A stretch of 32,000 nucleotides of DNA from Parasynechococcus marenigrum WH 8102 (GTDB lineage: Bacteria > Cyanobacteriota > Cyanobacteriia > PCC-6307 > Cyanobiaceae): the NCBI RefSeq assembly GCF_000195975.1, contig NC_005070.1:1230001-1262000 (forward strand), written 5' to 3'. Position 1 is the stretch's first letter. Every line of letters begins with the position of its first letter. A program made the translations under genes and the position numbers. The notes beneath the pieces are model-generated. The model saw nothing but the letters and a program-made list of their open reading frames with translations, did not search any database and was not told the origin of the DNA. Below are positions 9,097-17,390 of this stretch, piece after piece.

Positions 9097-10584
9097 TCAG
9101 GTGAGGCCGTCAAGAAAATCAGCCGCCTTGCGCTGATGCGTCAACAGTGTTTCCAGCGCCATCCTGTCGAGGTTCCGAGCCATCATCGCCAGCCGGAACT
9201 GACTCCTGAAAAAGGTTTCGTGGCGTCGAATGAAACTCCAGAAAAGCCCGTCCCACACTTCACACCACGCACCTTTCCGATAGTCCGACATCTTGCGGAC
9301 GTAGTTCGAGCCGGACACGTAGGGCTTTGTGGTGAAGATGCCGCCATCGGCGAACTGACTCATGCCGTAGACGTTGGGCACCATCACCCAGTCGTAGGCA
9401 TCAACAAACAGTTCCATAAACCAGCTGTACACCCGCGTGGGATGAAAGCCACACAGCAGCATCACGTTGCCCAGCAGCATCAACCGTTCGATGTGGTGGC
9501 AATAACCCGTGTCCAAGGCATGGCTGATGGCGTCATCAATCGGGGGTAAACCCGTGCTTCCGGTGTAGAAGGCTTCGGGAATCGGGCGATCCTCCACCTC
9601 CCAGAAATTGCCATTGCGCATGGTCACCCCATGGCGTCGATACATGGCAGCCATGAATTCGCGCCAGCCAATGATTTGGCGGATGAAGCCCTCAAGTGAG
9701 TTGAGCGGCACATCACCAACCTCCGCACGGGCCAGGGTCCGATCCAGCACCTGCTGAGGCGTCAGCAGACCAATGTTCAGCATCGGTGTGAGCACGCCAT
9801 GCCACATCACCTGATGCTGCGTGCTGATGGCGTCTTCATAGGCCCCGAACTGAACCAGGCGTTCGTCAAGGAAATTGTCGAGCCAGCGGGAGGCTTCCTT
9901 GTGGTCAATGGGGTAGTAAAAGCCATCCAGCTTGCCGACCCCGGGCAAATTCTCCTGCGCCAATTGCTGTCGTGATGTGTTCACCACAGTCGATGGCGTG
10001 GCGACGGGTATCGGAGGAACGCTGATGTCTTTGGGCAGTTTCTTGCGGTTGTCAGCATCAAAACTCCATCGGCCGCCAACGGGTCGCCCCTCCGCGTCCA
10101 TGAGCACCCCCAGCCGGGTGCGCTGCATCTCGTAGAACTTGGCCATCAAGGGCTTTTTGCCCGTCCCAAAGTGCTTCTCGAGCACGTCAGCGGGGGTTAA
10201 CAACATCGGTGTCGGCAGCACGGATACCCGCAGAGCGACACTCTCAGCGAAGGCGTTCAACCGACGTTCAAGCCAGTGATCCACCAGGTCAACGAGGTGA
10301 ACATGGCGATATCCAGCGGAATGCAACAGCTGCAGGTGGCCCTGGGTGTCTGGTGCAGCGTCATGGCGCTGATGAATCACGTTGAAGCCACGACCTCGTA
10401 GCTGTTCGGCGTAGACAGTCATCGAGGCTCGGTGCAGGAGCCGGCGCTGGTGATGCATCCGCAGGGGCCACTGCGGATCAGTTCCGAACAGCAACGGGTC
10501 TTCGATCAGGGCCACGGTGCGACCGGCCTGAATCGCGGGGTGATCAGCAAACAGTTGATGGGGAAAGACCAGGGTGATGTCCAC
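9097..10584 (-). CDS. Cryptochrome/photolyase-family protein of the COG3046 / FeS-BCP ((6-4) photolyase-like) branch, lacking the usual 4-Cys set
   Basis: 495-aa ORF with a GTG start at 10584, directly after the TGA of the upstream small ORF. Family-typical blocks are RWSFDADNRKKLP, IGWREFM, GYCHHIERLMLLGN and FTTKPYVSGSNYVRKMSDY. There are only three Cys residues in the whole protein. Confidence 0.8.
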   Translation of the reverse strand: MDITLVFPHQLFADHPAIQAGRTVALIEDPLLFGTDPQWPLRMHHQRRLLHRASMTVYAEQLRGRGFNVIHQRHDAAPDTQGHLQLLHSAGYRHVHLVDLVDHWLERRLNAFAESVALRVSVLPTPMLLTPADVLEKHFGTGKKPLMAKFYEMQRTRLGVLMDAEGRPVGGRWSFDADNRKKLPKDISVPPIPVATPSTVVNTSRQQLAQENLPGVGKLDGFYYPIDHKEASRWLDNFLDERLVQFGAYEDAISTQHQVMWHGVLTPMLNIGLLTPQQVLDRTLARAEVGDVPLNSLEGFIRQIIGWREFMAAMYRRHGVTMRNGNFWEVEDRPIPEAFYTGSTGLPPIDDAISHALDTGYCHHIERLMLLGNVMLLCGFHPTRVYSWFMELFVDAYDWVMVPNVYGMSQFADGGIFTTKPYVSGSNYVRKMSDYRKGAWCEVWDGLFWSFIRRHETFFRSQFRLAMMARNLDRMALETLLTHQRKAADFLDGLT

Positions 10585-10872
10585 TCAGCCCGCCTCCCCC
10601 GCCAGACGGCAGGCCCGTCGTCCAACGGCCGTGGCATAGCTGCGGTCCACCTGCCCGGCAAACGGGCTCAGCACGCCGGCACGGCAATCCATCACCACCT
10701 TCTCCCTGTGACCCTGCTGGTCGTTTAGCCGCAGGATCAGCTGCCAGTGATTCTTGGCACTGCGGGTGATGTCATCGGCGCAGACCGGGCCGGTGCACAG
10801 TCCTGGTGACGCCAGAACCGGTCTCCCAAGGAGTCCGAACAAGCAGCACAACAACAGCAGACAACGGATCAT
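10585..10872 (-). CDS. Small secreted cysteine-containing hypothetical protein (~95 aa)
   Basis: ATG at 10872 overlaps the uvrC stop as ATGA (plus-strand tcat 10869-10872). An alternative ATG lies at 10902. The signal-peptide-like N-terminus is [24 protein letters not shown], and the mature part has 4 Cys. Codon usage looks coding by hand (ATC, CTG, GAC, AAG, TGC). The stop at 10585-10587 abuts the photolyase-like GTG. Confidence 0.55.
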   Translation of the reverse strand: MIRCLLLLCCLFGLLGRPVLASPGLCTGPVCADDITRSAKNHWQLILRLNDQQGHREKVVMDCRAGVLSPFAGQVDRSYATAVGRRACRLAGEAG

Positions 10873-12827
10873 GCGGTGTGTGCACGGGGCTCTTCTGAGC
10901 ATTCATCCTGCCCGGCTTCCTCAGCAGGGTGGAAAAACCCGTGGATGTCCCTGGCCAGAGCTGTTCCCACACCGGGGGCTTTGGAGAGCAAATCCACGGA
11001 AGCCATCTGAATCGCATCGATGGAATGGAAGTGCGCCAGCAGATCCTTCACCCGTTTGGGACCAACCCCTGGGATGTCGGAGAGGCGTGAACGCTTCATT
11101 CGCTCACCACGTTGTTGCCGGTGGAAGCTCACCGCGAATCGATGGGCTTCGTCCCGCAGGCGACGCAGCAAGGCCACGCCGAGTTGATCCGGCTCACTCT
11201 CCAGTGGCTGACTTTCGCCGGGGAGGAACACCTCCTCCCGCTGTTTGGCCAACGAGCAGACGTTGAGGTCCTCGTGCAGATCGAGTTCCCGCAGGGCCTC
11301 CATCACCGCAGAGAGTTGTCCTTTGCCGCCATCGATCATCACCACATCCGGCCAGTCGTTGAGGCCGTCGGTCTGCAGGGCACTGCCACCTTTGTGGCGC
11401 AGGGCACCCACATCGACACCATCAGCCTTGGCGCGGGCCCAACGACGAAAGCGCCGGCGCATGATCTCGGCCATGGCCATGAAGTCATCGCTGTGGCCGG
11501 ACTGGATGCTGCTGCTGCGGATCTTGTATTTGCGGTAGTGCTGCTTGGCGGGCAGGCCATCGATAAACACCACCTGAGAGGCCACGGCATCGCTGCCCTG
11601 AATGTGACTGATGTCGTATCCCTCGATCCGTCGCGGCGGCGTCGGCATCTCCAACAGCTGAGCCAGATCCTCGGTGGCTAGCGCTTGCTGCTCCTGCCCC
11701 TGCTTGGCCCGCAGCAGTTCGAATTCCGCGTTCCGCTGAACCAGTTCGATTAGGTCTGCCTTCTGACGCTGTTTTGGGCAGTGGATCTGCACCTTGCGTT
11801 CCCGTTGCTCCGTCAGCCAGTCCTCAAGAAGCTGCTGTTGCGGAAGAGCGTGTTGCACCAACAACTCCGGCGGCACTTCAACCGCATCGACCTGGGAGTA
11901 GTGCTCTTCAATCACCCGTTGCAGAATCAGACCCGGTGCCAGAGCTGAAGCATCGGCGGTGTAACCAAGCCGCCCCACAAGTTTTCCGGCGCGCATCTGG
12001 AACAGCTGCACAGCGGCCAGACGGTCGTCGCAGGCGAGGGCCAGCACATCCCGACTGACGCTGGAGTCTGGAAGACTCATCTTCTGATCAGCCGTCAACT
12101 GGTCGAGCCCCTGGAGCTGGTCGCGGACCCGGGCAGCGGATTCAAAATCAAGACGTTCGGCGTAGCGGTTCATCTGCTCGTCGAGCAGACGCTGCAGTTC
12201 ATCGCTGCGCCCTTGAAACACCATGGCCACCTTGCGCAGGGTTCGGTGGTAGTCCTCAGAGGTGATCTTTTCCTGGCAAACCCCTGGGCAGCGACCAATG
12301 CTGTAGTTAAGGCAAGTGCGGTCGGGGTGCAACGGTCGCGGTCGCTGTCGCAGCGGGAAGACCCTCTTCACCAGAAACAAGGTGCGCCGCAACAGTCCGA
12401 CGTCGACGTAGGGCCCGTAAAAGCGATCGAGGGGGCTGCGGAATCGGCGCCGTCGCGTGATGAAGATGCGGGGATAGGCCTCGCTCCAGGTGATGCAGAG
12501 GTAGGGGTATTTCTTGTCGTCCTTCAGCAGCACATTGAAGTGCGGCTGATGGTTCTTGATCAGGTTGGATTCAAGGGCCAGAGCCTCCGCTTCGCTGTCG
12601 GTCACGATGAATTCGATCTCACAGACCTGTCGCGTCATCAGCCGGATGCGCGGCGACAGATCATGCCGACTTCGGAAGTAGCTGCGGACACGGCTGCGCA
12701 GCGATTTCGACTTGCCGACATAGAGGATCCTGTCCTCTCCGTCGCGCATCAGGTAGCAACCAGGCTCCGGCGGAATCTCCTTCAGCCGACGCTCAAGCAC
12801 TTCCGGCTGCGTGAGCAGCGGCGGCAT
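10869..12827 (-). CDS. uvrC: Excinuclease ABC subunit C (UvrC)
   Basis: The ORF track gives 10869-12845 with a TTG start. The ATG at 12827 ([51 protein letters not shown], the GIY-YIG motif) is the more likely start. The C-terminus has an HhH block ([19 protein letters not shown]). Length is ~652-658 aa. Confidence 0.92.
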   Translation of the reverse strand: MPPLLTQPEVLERRLKEIPPEPGCYLMRDGEDRILYVGKSKSLRSRVRSYFRSRHDLSPRIRLMTRQVCEIEFIVTDSEAEALALESNLIKNHQPHFNVLLKDDKKYPYLCITWSEAYPRIFITRRRRFRSPLDRFYGPYVDVGLLRRTLFLVKRVFPLRQRPRPLHPDRTCLNYSIGRCPGVCQEKITSEDYHRTLRKVAMVFQGRSDELQRLLDEQMNRYAERLDFESAARVRDQLQGLDQLTADQKMSLPDSSVSRDVLALACDDRLAAVQLFQMRAGKLVGRLGYTADASALAPGLILQRVIEEHYSQVDAVEVPPELLVQHALPQQQLLEDWLTEQRERKVQIHCPKQRQKADLIELVQRNAEFELLRAKQGQEQQALATEDLAQLLEMPTPPRRIEGYDISHIQGSDAVASQVVFIDGLPAKQHYRKYKIRSSSIQSGHSDDFMAMAEIMRRRFRRWARAKADGVDVGALRHKGGSALQTDGLNDWPDVVMIDGGKGQLSAVMEALRELDLHEDLNVCSLAKQREEVFLPGESQPLESEPDQLGVALLRRLRDEAHRFAVSFHRQQRGERMKRSRLSDIPGVGPKRVKDLLAHFHSIDAIQMASVDLLSKAPGVGTALARDIHGFFHPAEEAGQDECSEEPRAHTA

Positions 12828-12852
12828 GGTCAGGGAGTCAGCCAACGATCGC

Positions 12853-13335
12853 TCAACCGCCGTAGTTCCATCCGGTGCTGGCCATGGTCAAAGCTTCACC
12901 GTCCTCCAGCAATTGAGCGGTTTTGACCTCACCAACGAACACCGTGTGATCACCGTGCTGGATCTGACCCACCAGCTCACACTCGACGCCGCCGATCACC
13001 CCATCCAGCAGGGGCAGCCCAAGGGGACCGTCCTGGAACGGTGCTGCATCAAAGCGACCTCCGAGTCCTTTCTGGGGCTTGAAAAACACCGCAGCCAGAT
13101 CTTTTTGATCGGCTTTCAGCATGTTGAGAGAGAACCGTTTGGTGCGTTCAATGATTCCGTGGCTGGTGCTGTCAGCCCGCACGCCCATCACCACCAAGGG
13201 TGGCTCAAAGGACCCCTGGGTCACCCAGCTGGCGGTAAAGCCATTCACCTCATCGCCCTCACGGACACCGCAGACGAACAGGCCGTGGGGAATCTTGCGC
13301 AACAGCACCTTCTTGGCGTCGACGTCGAGGCTCAT
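12853..13335 (-). CDS. Flavin reductase-like domain protein (DIM6/NTAB family)
   Basis: 160-aa ORF with ATG at 13335. The blocks [35 protein letters not shown] and [11 protein letters not shown] are typical of the PF01613 flavin-reductase-like fold. The stop lies 7-25 nt upstream of the uvrC start. Confidence 0.8.
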   Translation of the reverse strand: MSLDVDAKKVLLRKIPHGLFVCGVREGDEVNGFTASWVTQGSFEPPLVVMGVRADSTSHGIIERTKRFSLNMLKADQKDLAAVFFKPQKGLGGRFDAAPFQDGPLGLPLLDGVIGGVECELVGQIQHGDHTVFVGEVKTAQLLEDGEALTMASTGWNYGG

Positions 13336-13408
13336 CGGTCATCCAGCGTTGCGGGAAATCTAGAGATCAAACCACTGCATAAGATCCCTTTAGTCCAGGG
13401 TTCTGCGG
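13336..13408. promoter_or_regulatory. Divergent promoter region between the flavin-reductase/uvrC string and coaD (candidate -10 boxes only)
   Basis: 73-nt spacer between divergent ATGs. TAAGAT at 13380-13385 lies 23 nt upstream of the coaD ATG. TAGATT on the minus strand (plus-strand aatcta 13357-13362) lies 21 nt upstream of the minus-strand ATG. No -35 box or factor site was recognised. Confidence 0.2.
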
Positions 13409-13900
13409 ATGAGGGCGCTCTACCCGGGAAGTTTTGATCCTTTGACCAATGGCCACATGGATCTGATCGAGCGGGCAGTCGCCCTGTTCGGGCAGGTCAC
13501 TGTTGCCGTGCTGTCGAATCCCAACAAAAAACCCGCCTTCAGCGTCGATCAGCGCATCGGTCAGATTCAATGCGCGACCCGTCACCTGAACGGCATTGAC
13601 GTGGTCAGCTTTGACGGCTTGACCGTGCATTGCGCCGTCACCCATCAAGCCGATCTCATCCTGCGTGGACTGCGAGCGATGAGCGACTTCGAATACGAGC
13701 TACAGATTGCCCACACCAATCGATCACTGGCCGAAGATTTGGAGACGGTCTTCCTCGCGACATCGACCCGTCACAGCTTCCTCAGCAGCTCTGTCGTGAA
13801 AGAGGTGGCCCGTTTCGGCGGCCCTGTGGATCACATGGTCCCCAAGGAGGTGGCCAAGGACCTGAACAGGCTCTTTAATTCGACTTTCCCACCCCGGTGA
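13409..13900 (+). CDS. coaD: Phosphopantetheine adenylyltransferase
   Basis: 163-aa ORF with ATG at 13409. The N-terminus [23 protein letters not shown] contains the canonical PPAT nucleotidyltransferase motif (GSFDPxTxGH). The [13 protein letters not shown] block near the C-terminus also fits. Confidence 0.92.
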   Translation: MRALYPGSFDPLTNGHMDLIERAVALFGQVTVAVLSNPNKKPAFSVDQRIGQIQCATRHLNGIDVVSFDGLTVHCAVTHQADLILRGLRAMSDFEYELQIAHTNRSLAEDLETVFLATSTRHSFLSSSVVKEVARFGGPVDHMVPKEVAKDLNRLFNSTFPPR

Positions 13901-13901
13901 C

Positions 13902-14831
13902 ATGAGCGACGCTCGCCTCGCTGTCCTCGACCATCTGGATCAGCTGGAGGATGTCCTTCTCGAGGGAAGTCGTATTCCATTCAGTGGCGGGCGTCTGGTC
14001 AACGAGGGTGATGCCGTCGAAGTGCTCGACGCAGTGCGCGAGACCCTTCCGAAGGAGTTCGAACGCGCCGCCCAGTTGCTGGAGCGACGTGACGAATTCA
14101 TTAATACGGCAAAGCAGCAGGCGGAAGAGATCGTTCAGCAGGCCAAACGGCAGCACGAGCAGTTGGTCAGCACCGCCTCGGTCCGACAGGAGGCGGAGCG
14201 TCAGGTGCTGGAGCTGCGCGAACAGACACGCCAGCAATGCGAGCAACTGCTGCAGTCGACTCGAAAGCAGGGTGCCCAGCTTGAGCAGGAGATGCAAAGC
14301 AAGCTGGCGCAGCAGGAGCAACAGTTCGCGGCACGCCGTCAGCAGTTGGAACAGGAGGCTCAGCAGCGCCGTCAACAGTTTGAGCAAGACGCTGCCGAGA
14401 TCAAGCGTCAACATGCCGAGCAGCATGAAGCCAGCCGCCAGCAGGCCCTGCAGGAGTTGGAGACCATTCGACGCGAGGTTCTGCGCTTGCAGAGTGAGAG
14501 CCGTGAGGAAGCCGAGCGGCTGCACAACGATGCCTTGCAGTTCCGGCAACAGACCCAGCTACAATGTGAGGGCCTGATTCAACGCAGCCGTAAGGAGGCT
14601 GCTGCTGTTCAGGATGGAGCCAACCGATATGCGGAACAGACCCTGGGTGAACTGGAAGTTCGACTCAAGGAGATGGCTCAAGTGGTGATGGCCGGCCGCC
14701 AGGAACTGGTCAAGATTCAGACCATCAGCAGTGATGGCCCGACAGTTGACGACATCGAGGGCAAAGCCGTGCCGATCAGCCGTGGTCGTCGGGCCGCATC
14801 CCGACTGCGTTCCATGAAGGGCACCGGCTGA
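13902..14831 (+). CDS. Coiled-coil Q/E/R-rich hypothetical protein
   Basis: 309-aa ORF whose ATG lies 1 nt after the coaD TGA (TGACATG). It has a globular-looking N-terminus (LDHLDQLEDVLLEGSRIPFSGGRLVNEGDAVEVLDAVRETLPKEF). About 200 aa of heptad-like Q/E/R/A/L sequence follow. No enzymatic motif was seen. Confidence 0.7.
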   Translation: MSDARLAVLDHLDQLEDVLLEGSRIPFSGGRLVNEGDAVEVLDAVRETLPKEFERAAQLLERRDEFINTAKQQAEEIVQQAKRQHEQLVSTASVRQEAERQVLELREQTRQQCEQLLQSTRKQGAQLEQEMQSKLAQQEQQFAARRQQLEQEAQQRRQQFEQDAAEIKRQHAEQHEASRQQALQELETIRREVLRLQSESREEAERLHNDALQFRQQTQLQCEGLIQRSRKEAAAVQDGANRYAEQTLGELEVRLKEMAQVVMAGRQELVKIQTISSDGPTVDDIEGKAVPISRGRRAASRLRSMKGTG

Positions 14832-16092
14832 TCCGCTGGACAGCGAGCAGCACGTCGCCCATGACACCCCGTGGGGATGCCGCGCCGTTAGCAATCATGC
14901 TGACGTAACGGGGCCCATTGGACGTCTCCAAGATTCCGCTGAGGGAATTCACACCCCGGAGGGTGCCGGTCTTCCCCCAGAACTGACCAGTGAGTGGGGT
15001 TCCGCGCTGGAAGCGCCAGAGAGTTCCACGTCGGCCCGCAATCGCCATTGATGCTTGGTAGAAGGCACCATATGGATGCTGCGCCATACGCCACAGCAGG
15101 GTCGACAACGTTCTGCTCGTGACTCGGTTGCCTCGGGAGAGGCCACTTCCATCCCTGATGCGAAGTCCCTGGATGGGAATGCCCTGAGCCTGCATCCAGC
15201 GCGTGTTGGCCAAAGAGGCCTCAGCCACATCCCAATTGTCTGCCGCCTCACGCATCAGCACTTCGGCGGTGAAGTTATGGCTCTCGGTGTTGGCCAGACT
15301 CAGCAGCCCATGCATCGGTGCTGACATCTCGCTGTGAATCACCACTGGGTCCTCTGCCTTGGTGCGAGAGAGAGCCGCTTCCCGTTGCTCGGGATTCACC
15401 CTCACCAACCGAAGTCTTCCCCCCTGTTGGCTGACTGTTGTCGACAACACCCGCTCCAGCCGTCGGGCAGGGTCCATCACCGCCATGTGCAGAGCATTGC
15501 TGGTGAGCGCGAGGCGGGTGATCGGTGCTCCGTAGGCGTAGCTGCGGTCGTCTGACGGCCAGTCGCTGGGCCACCAGCGCTGAGGTGGCTCCTCCCGCAC
15601 CATCAGCTGCAGAGGAGTTCCAGCCGAATCTGATGAACGAGAACCACCACGGCCAAGGGCCACCATGGCGAAGCGTTGGATCTCGGCGATGCTGAGATCA
15701 GGATCGCCCTCACCGACGATCTCCAGACTGCCGTCTCCATGGCGCAGCAACTGGGTCTTCAGTCTGAAATCGGGCCCGAGGCGATCGAGAGCAAAGGCGG
15801 AACTGATCAGTTTCTGATTGGAAGCGGGAATCCTCGGCAGCCATCCGTTGATGTCCGCCAGCAGCTGGCCGCGCTCGTCAAGAACGCTGATGCTCCAGGG
15901 AGCTGTGCTGGAGCCAAGGGACCCCACCACCGCTCGCTGCAACGCCGGGCAAAGCGGACGTTGTGCAGGGCCAGGCAGTCCCTGACGGCTGTTAGGGGTA
16001 ATGGGGTGCAGCAGGCGTTCGTTGCTATGGACCGCAGAGCTTGCGCTGAGCAGCACCAACGTCAGAGCCGGGATGATCCAACGCTGACTCAT
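14776..16092 (-). CDS. dacB: D-alanyl-D-alanine carboxypeptidase/endopeptidase, PBP4 (peptidase S13) family
   Basis: 438-aa ORF with ATG at 16092 overlapping the upstream gene stop as ATGA. It has a signal peptide (MSQRWIIPALTLVLLSASSAVHS), the SxxK motif in PASNQKLISS and the KTG motif in WGKTGTLRG. Confidence 0.85.
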   Translation of the reverse strand: MSQRWIIPALTLVLLSASSAVHSNERLLHPITPNSRQGLPGPAQRPLCPALQRAVVGSLGSSTAPWSISVLDERGQLLADINGWLPRIPASNQKLISSAFALDRLGPDFRLKTQLLRHGDGSLEIVGEGDPDLSIAEIQRFAMVALGRGGSRSSDSAGTPLQLMVREEPPQRWWPSDWPSDDRSYAYGAPITRLALTSNALHMAVMDPARRLERVLSTTVSQQGGRLRLVRVNPEQREAALSRTKAEDPVVIHSEMSAPMHGLLSLANTESHNFTAEVLMREAADNWDVAEASLANTRWMQAQGIPIQGLRIRDGSGLSRGNRVTSRTLSTLLWRMAQHPYGAFYQASMAIAGRRGTLWRFQRGTPLTGQFWGKTGTLRGVNSLSGILETSNGPRYVSMIANGAASPRGVMGDVLLAVQRISRCPSWNAVGMRPDDHG

Positions 16093-16598
16093 GGAATGGT
16101 CACGCCACTCACAAACCCATTCACGCGGTAGAGCCGTCCTTCGAGCTCCACGGGACTACCGATCTTGAGTTTGGTGCCACCGAAGACGACACCGGATGGT
16201 CCTGTCTCAGCCTCGGCCTTGAGGCGGAAGCGCGCATGTAGACCTCGCGCCGGGCTGGTGTCTTCAGCCTCGAGAACCGTTCCATTCGGAAGGAGCTGAG
16301 TCAGGGGGCGACTGATGTCTTCAACCGACATCAGCCCGACGCGACCTGCCGGCTGGTTGCGAATCACGATGCTGACGGTTCCTTCCTCACGAATGGCTTC
16401 CAACAACGCATCCGAATCGGCCACCTGCAGGTGACGCACGTCCACACTCACCTCAACCTGCTTGATAGAGCCCGTCGCACGGGCCACGGCGTTGGTCAAT
16501 TTGGGCGACCAGACCACACCTGCCAACGCGACGACAGTTGCGGTGATCGCCAAGCCATCGACAAACGTGATGGAGCTGAGTGAGAACCGTCTCTGCAT
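16089..16598 (-). CDS. DUF4330-like membrane-anchored hypothetical protein
   Basis: 169-aa ORF with ATG at 16598. It has an N-terminal hydrophobic anchor (ITFVDGLAITATVVALAGVVW). The block VSIVIRNQPAGRVGL resembles the cyanobacterial DUF4330 family as I recall it. Confidence 0.65.
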   Translation of the reverse strand: MQRRFSLSSITFVDGLAITATVVALAGVVWSPKLTNAVARATGSIKQVEVSVDVRHLQVADSDALLEAIREEGTVSIVIRNQPAGRVGLMSVEDISRPLTQLLPNGTVLEAEDTSPARGLHARFRLKAEAETGPSGVVFGGTKLKIGSPVELEGRLYRVNGFVSGVTIP

Positions 16599-16655
16599 GG
16601 GACCACTGCTTCGTGACGAACCTTACGGAGAGCTTGTGGTCGGATCAAGCCATTG

Positions 16656-17357
16656 TCAGCTGCGCAGGCCGTCGATGAATCGATCCACGTTGCTGAGCTG
16701 TTGTTTGAGGCTGTCCGGATCTTCACCGGCCAAGAGAGCGGCGATCTGCTCAGGATCCGGTCGACTCTCCATCGACGCCAAGTGGCGGTACCCATCGTCA
16801 TCCAGTCGGTAGAGGGACCAGTCGTCCGGGAACATTCGCATCAGTGCACCGCCCTCCAGCGGCTGAAGCCAATACGCCTGTTGCCAGGACGACACAAAGC
16901 CGCGACGCCGTTCGCGGGCCACACTGCCGATTCCCACAGCGGCATCCTCCAACCGGCCGTTGAGCATCACCATCGAGCCGCGATGCTCCTGACAAATGGC
17001 CATGAACTGCTCGTAATCCGAAGGTTGTGGACCGACTGCTAACACCACTCCATCGGCGCCTCCAGCAGCTGACCACTGGTTGAAATCAAGAATGCCGTCA
17101 GCAAAATCGGCTGCATCCCGGCGTGCCAGTGCGGCAGCCCCGGCATCCGGCCAGAGCAGTCGACAAGATGCATCCAGGGATCGAAGGCTTTGAAACAGCC
17201 GCAGGGCAACTGGAAGCACCCGCAGATTTTCAAAACGAAGGGTTGCGCCCCATCGAGCCCCTTTGCCCGAGGCGAGGGCTGCCTTGAGAGCGTTGAGCAG
17301 ATCGGCTTCGGCCGTCTGCAAATCGGCGGGAAGGCTGGCCTTCTGGGCTTCAGGCAC
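16656..17357 (-). CDS. DUF1995-like hypothetical protein (cyanobacteria/plastid lineage)
   Basis: 233-aa ORF with a GTG start at 17357 and no nearby ATG. The N-terminal LPADLQTAEADLLNALKAAL...RFENL and the central VLAVGPQPSDYEQF resemble DUF1995. The family assignment is from memory only. Confidence 0.6.
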   Translation of the reverse strand: MPEAQKASLPADLQTAEADLLNALKAALASGKGARWGATLRFENLRVLPVALRLFQSLRSLDASCRLLWPDAGAAALARRDAADFADGILDFNQWSAAGGADGVVLAVGPQPSDYEQFMAICQEHRGSMVMLNGRLEDAAVGIGSVARERRRGFVSSWQQAYWLQPLEGGALMRMFPDDWSLYRLDDDGYRHLASMESRPDPEQIAALLAGEDPDSLKQQLSNVDRFIDGLRS

Positions 17358-17390
17358 GTCTGCTGATCAATCAAATTTGGCTCCAGCCTC

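Noticed and set aside
8402-9136. 244-aa plus-strand ORF with a striking His/Gln-rich stretch (HEHHQRHDE...HHQHHHNHQQQRRQ)
   Set aside because: It is exactly antisense to hemJ. The His/Gln richness is the mirror image of hemJ's Val/Leu/Met-rich transmembrane codons, not evidence of a real protein.
11112-13437. Plus-strand ORFs 11112-11681, 12213-12926 and 12811-13437 (189-237 aa)
   Set aside because: They are antisense to uvrC and the flavin-reductase-like gene, both of which have unambiguous motifs. They are shadow frames.
13875-14549. 224-aa minus-strand Leu/Gln-rich ORF, and the plus-strand alternate-frame ORF 13951-14577
   Set aside because: They mirror or shift the frame of the Q/E/R coiled-coil gene. 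The CAG/GAG/CTG-rich repeats keep all frames open. The coaD-coupled frame has the only plausible start and a globular N-terminus.
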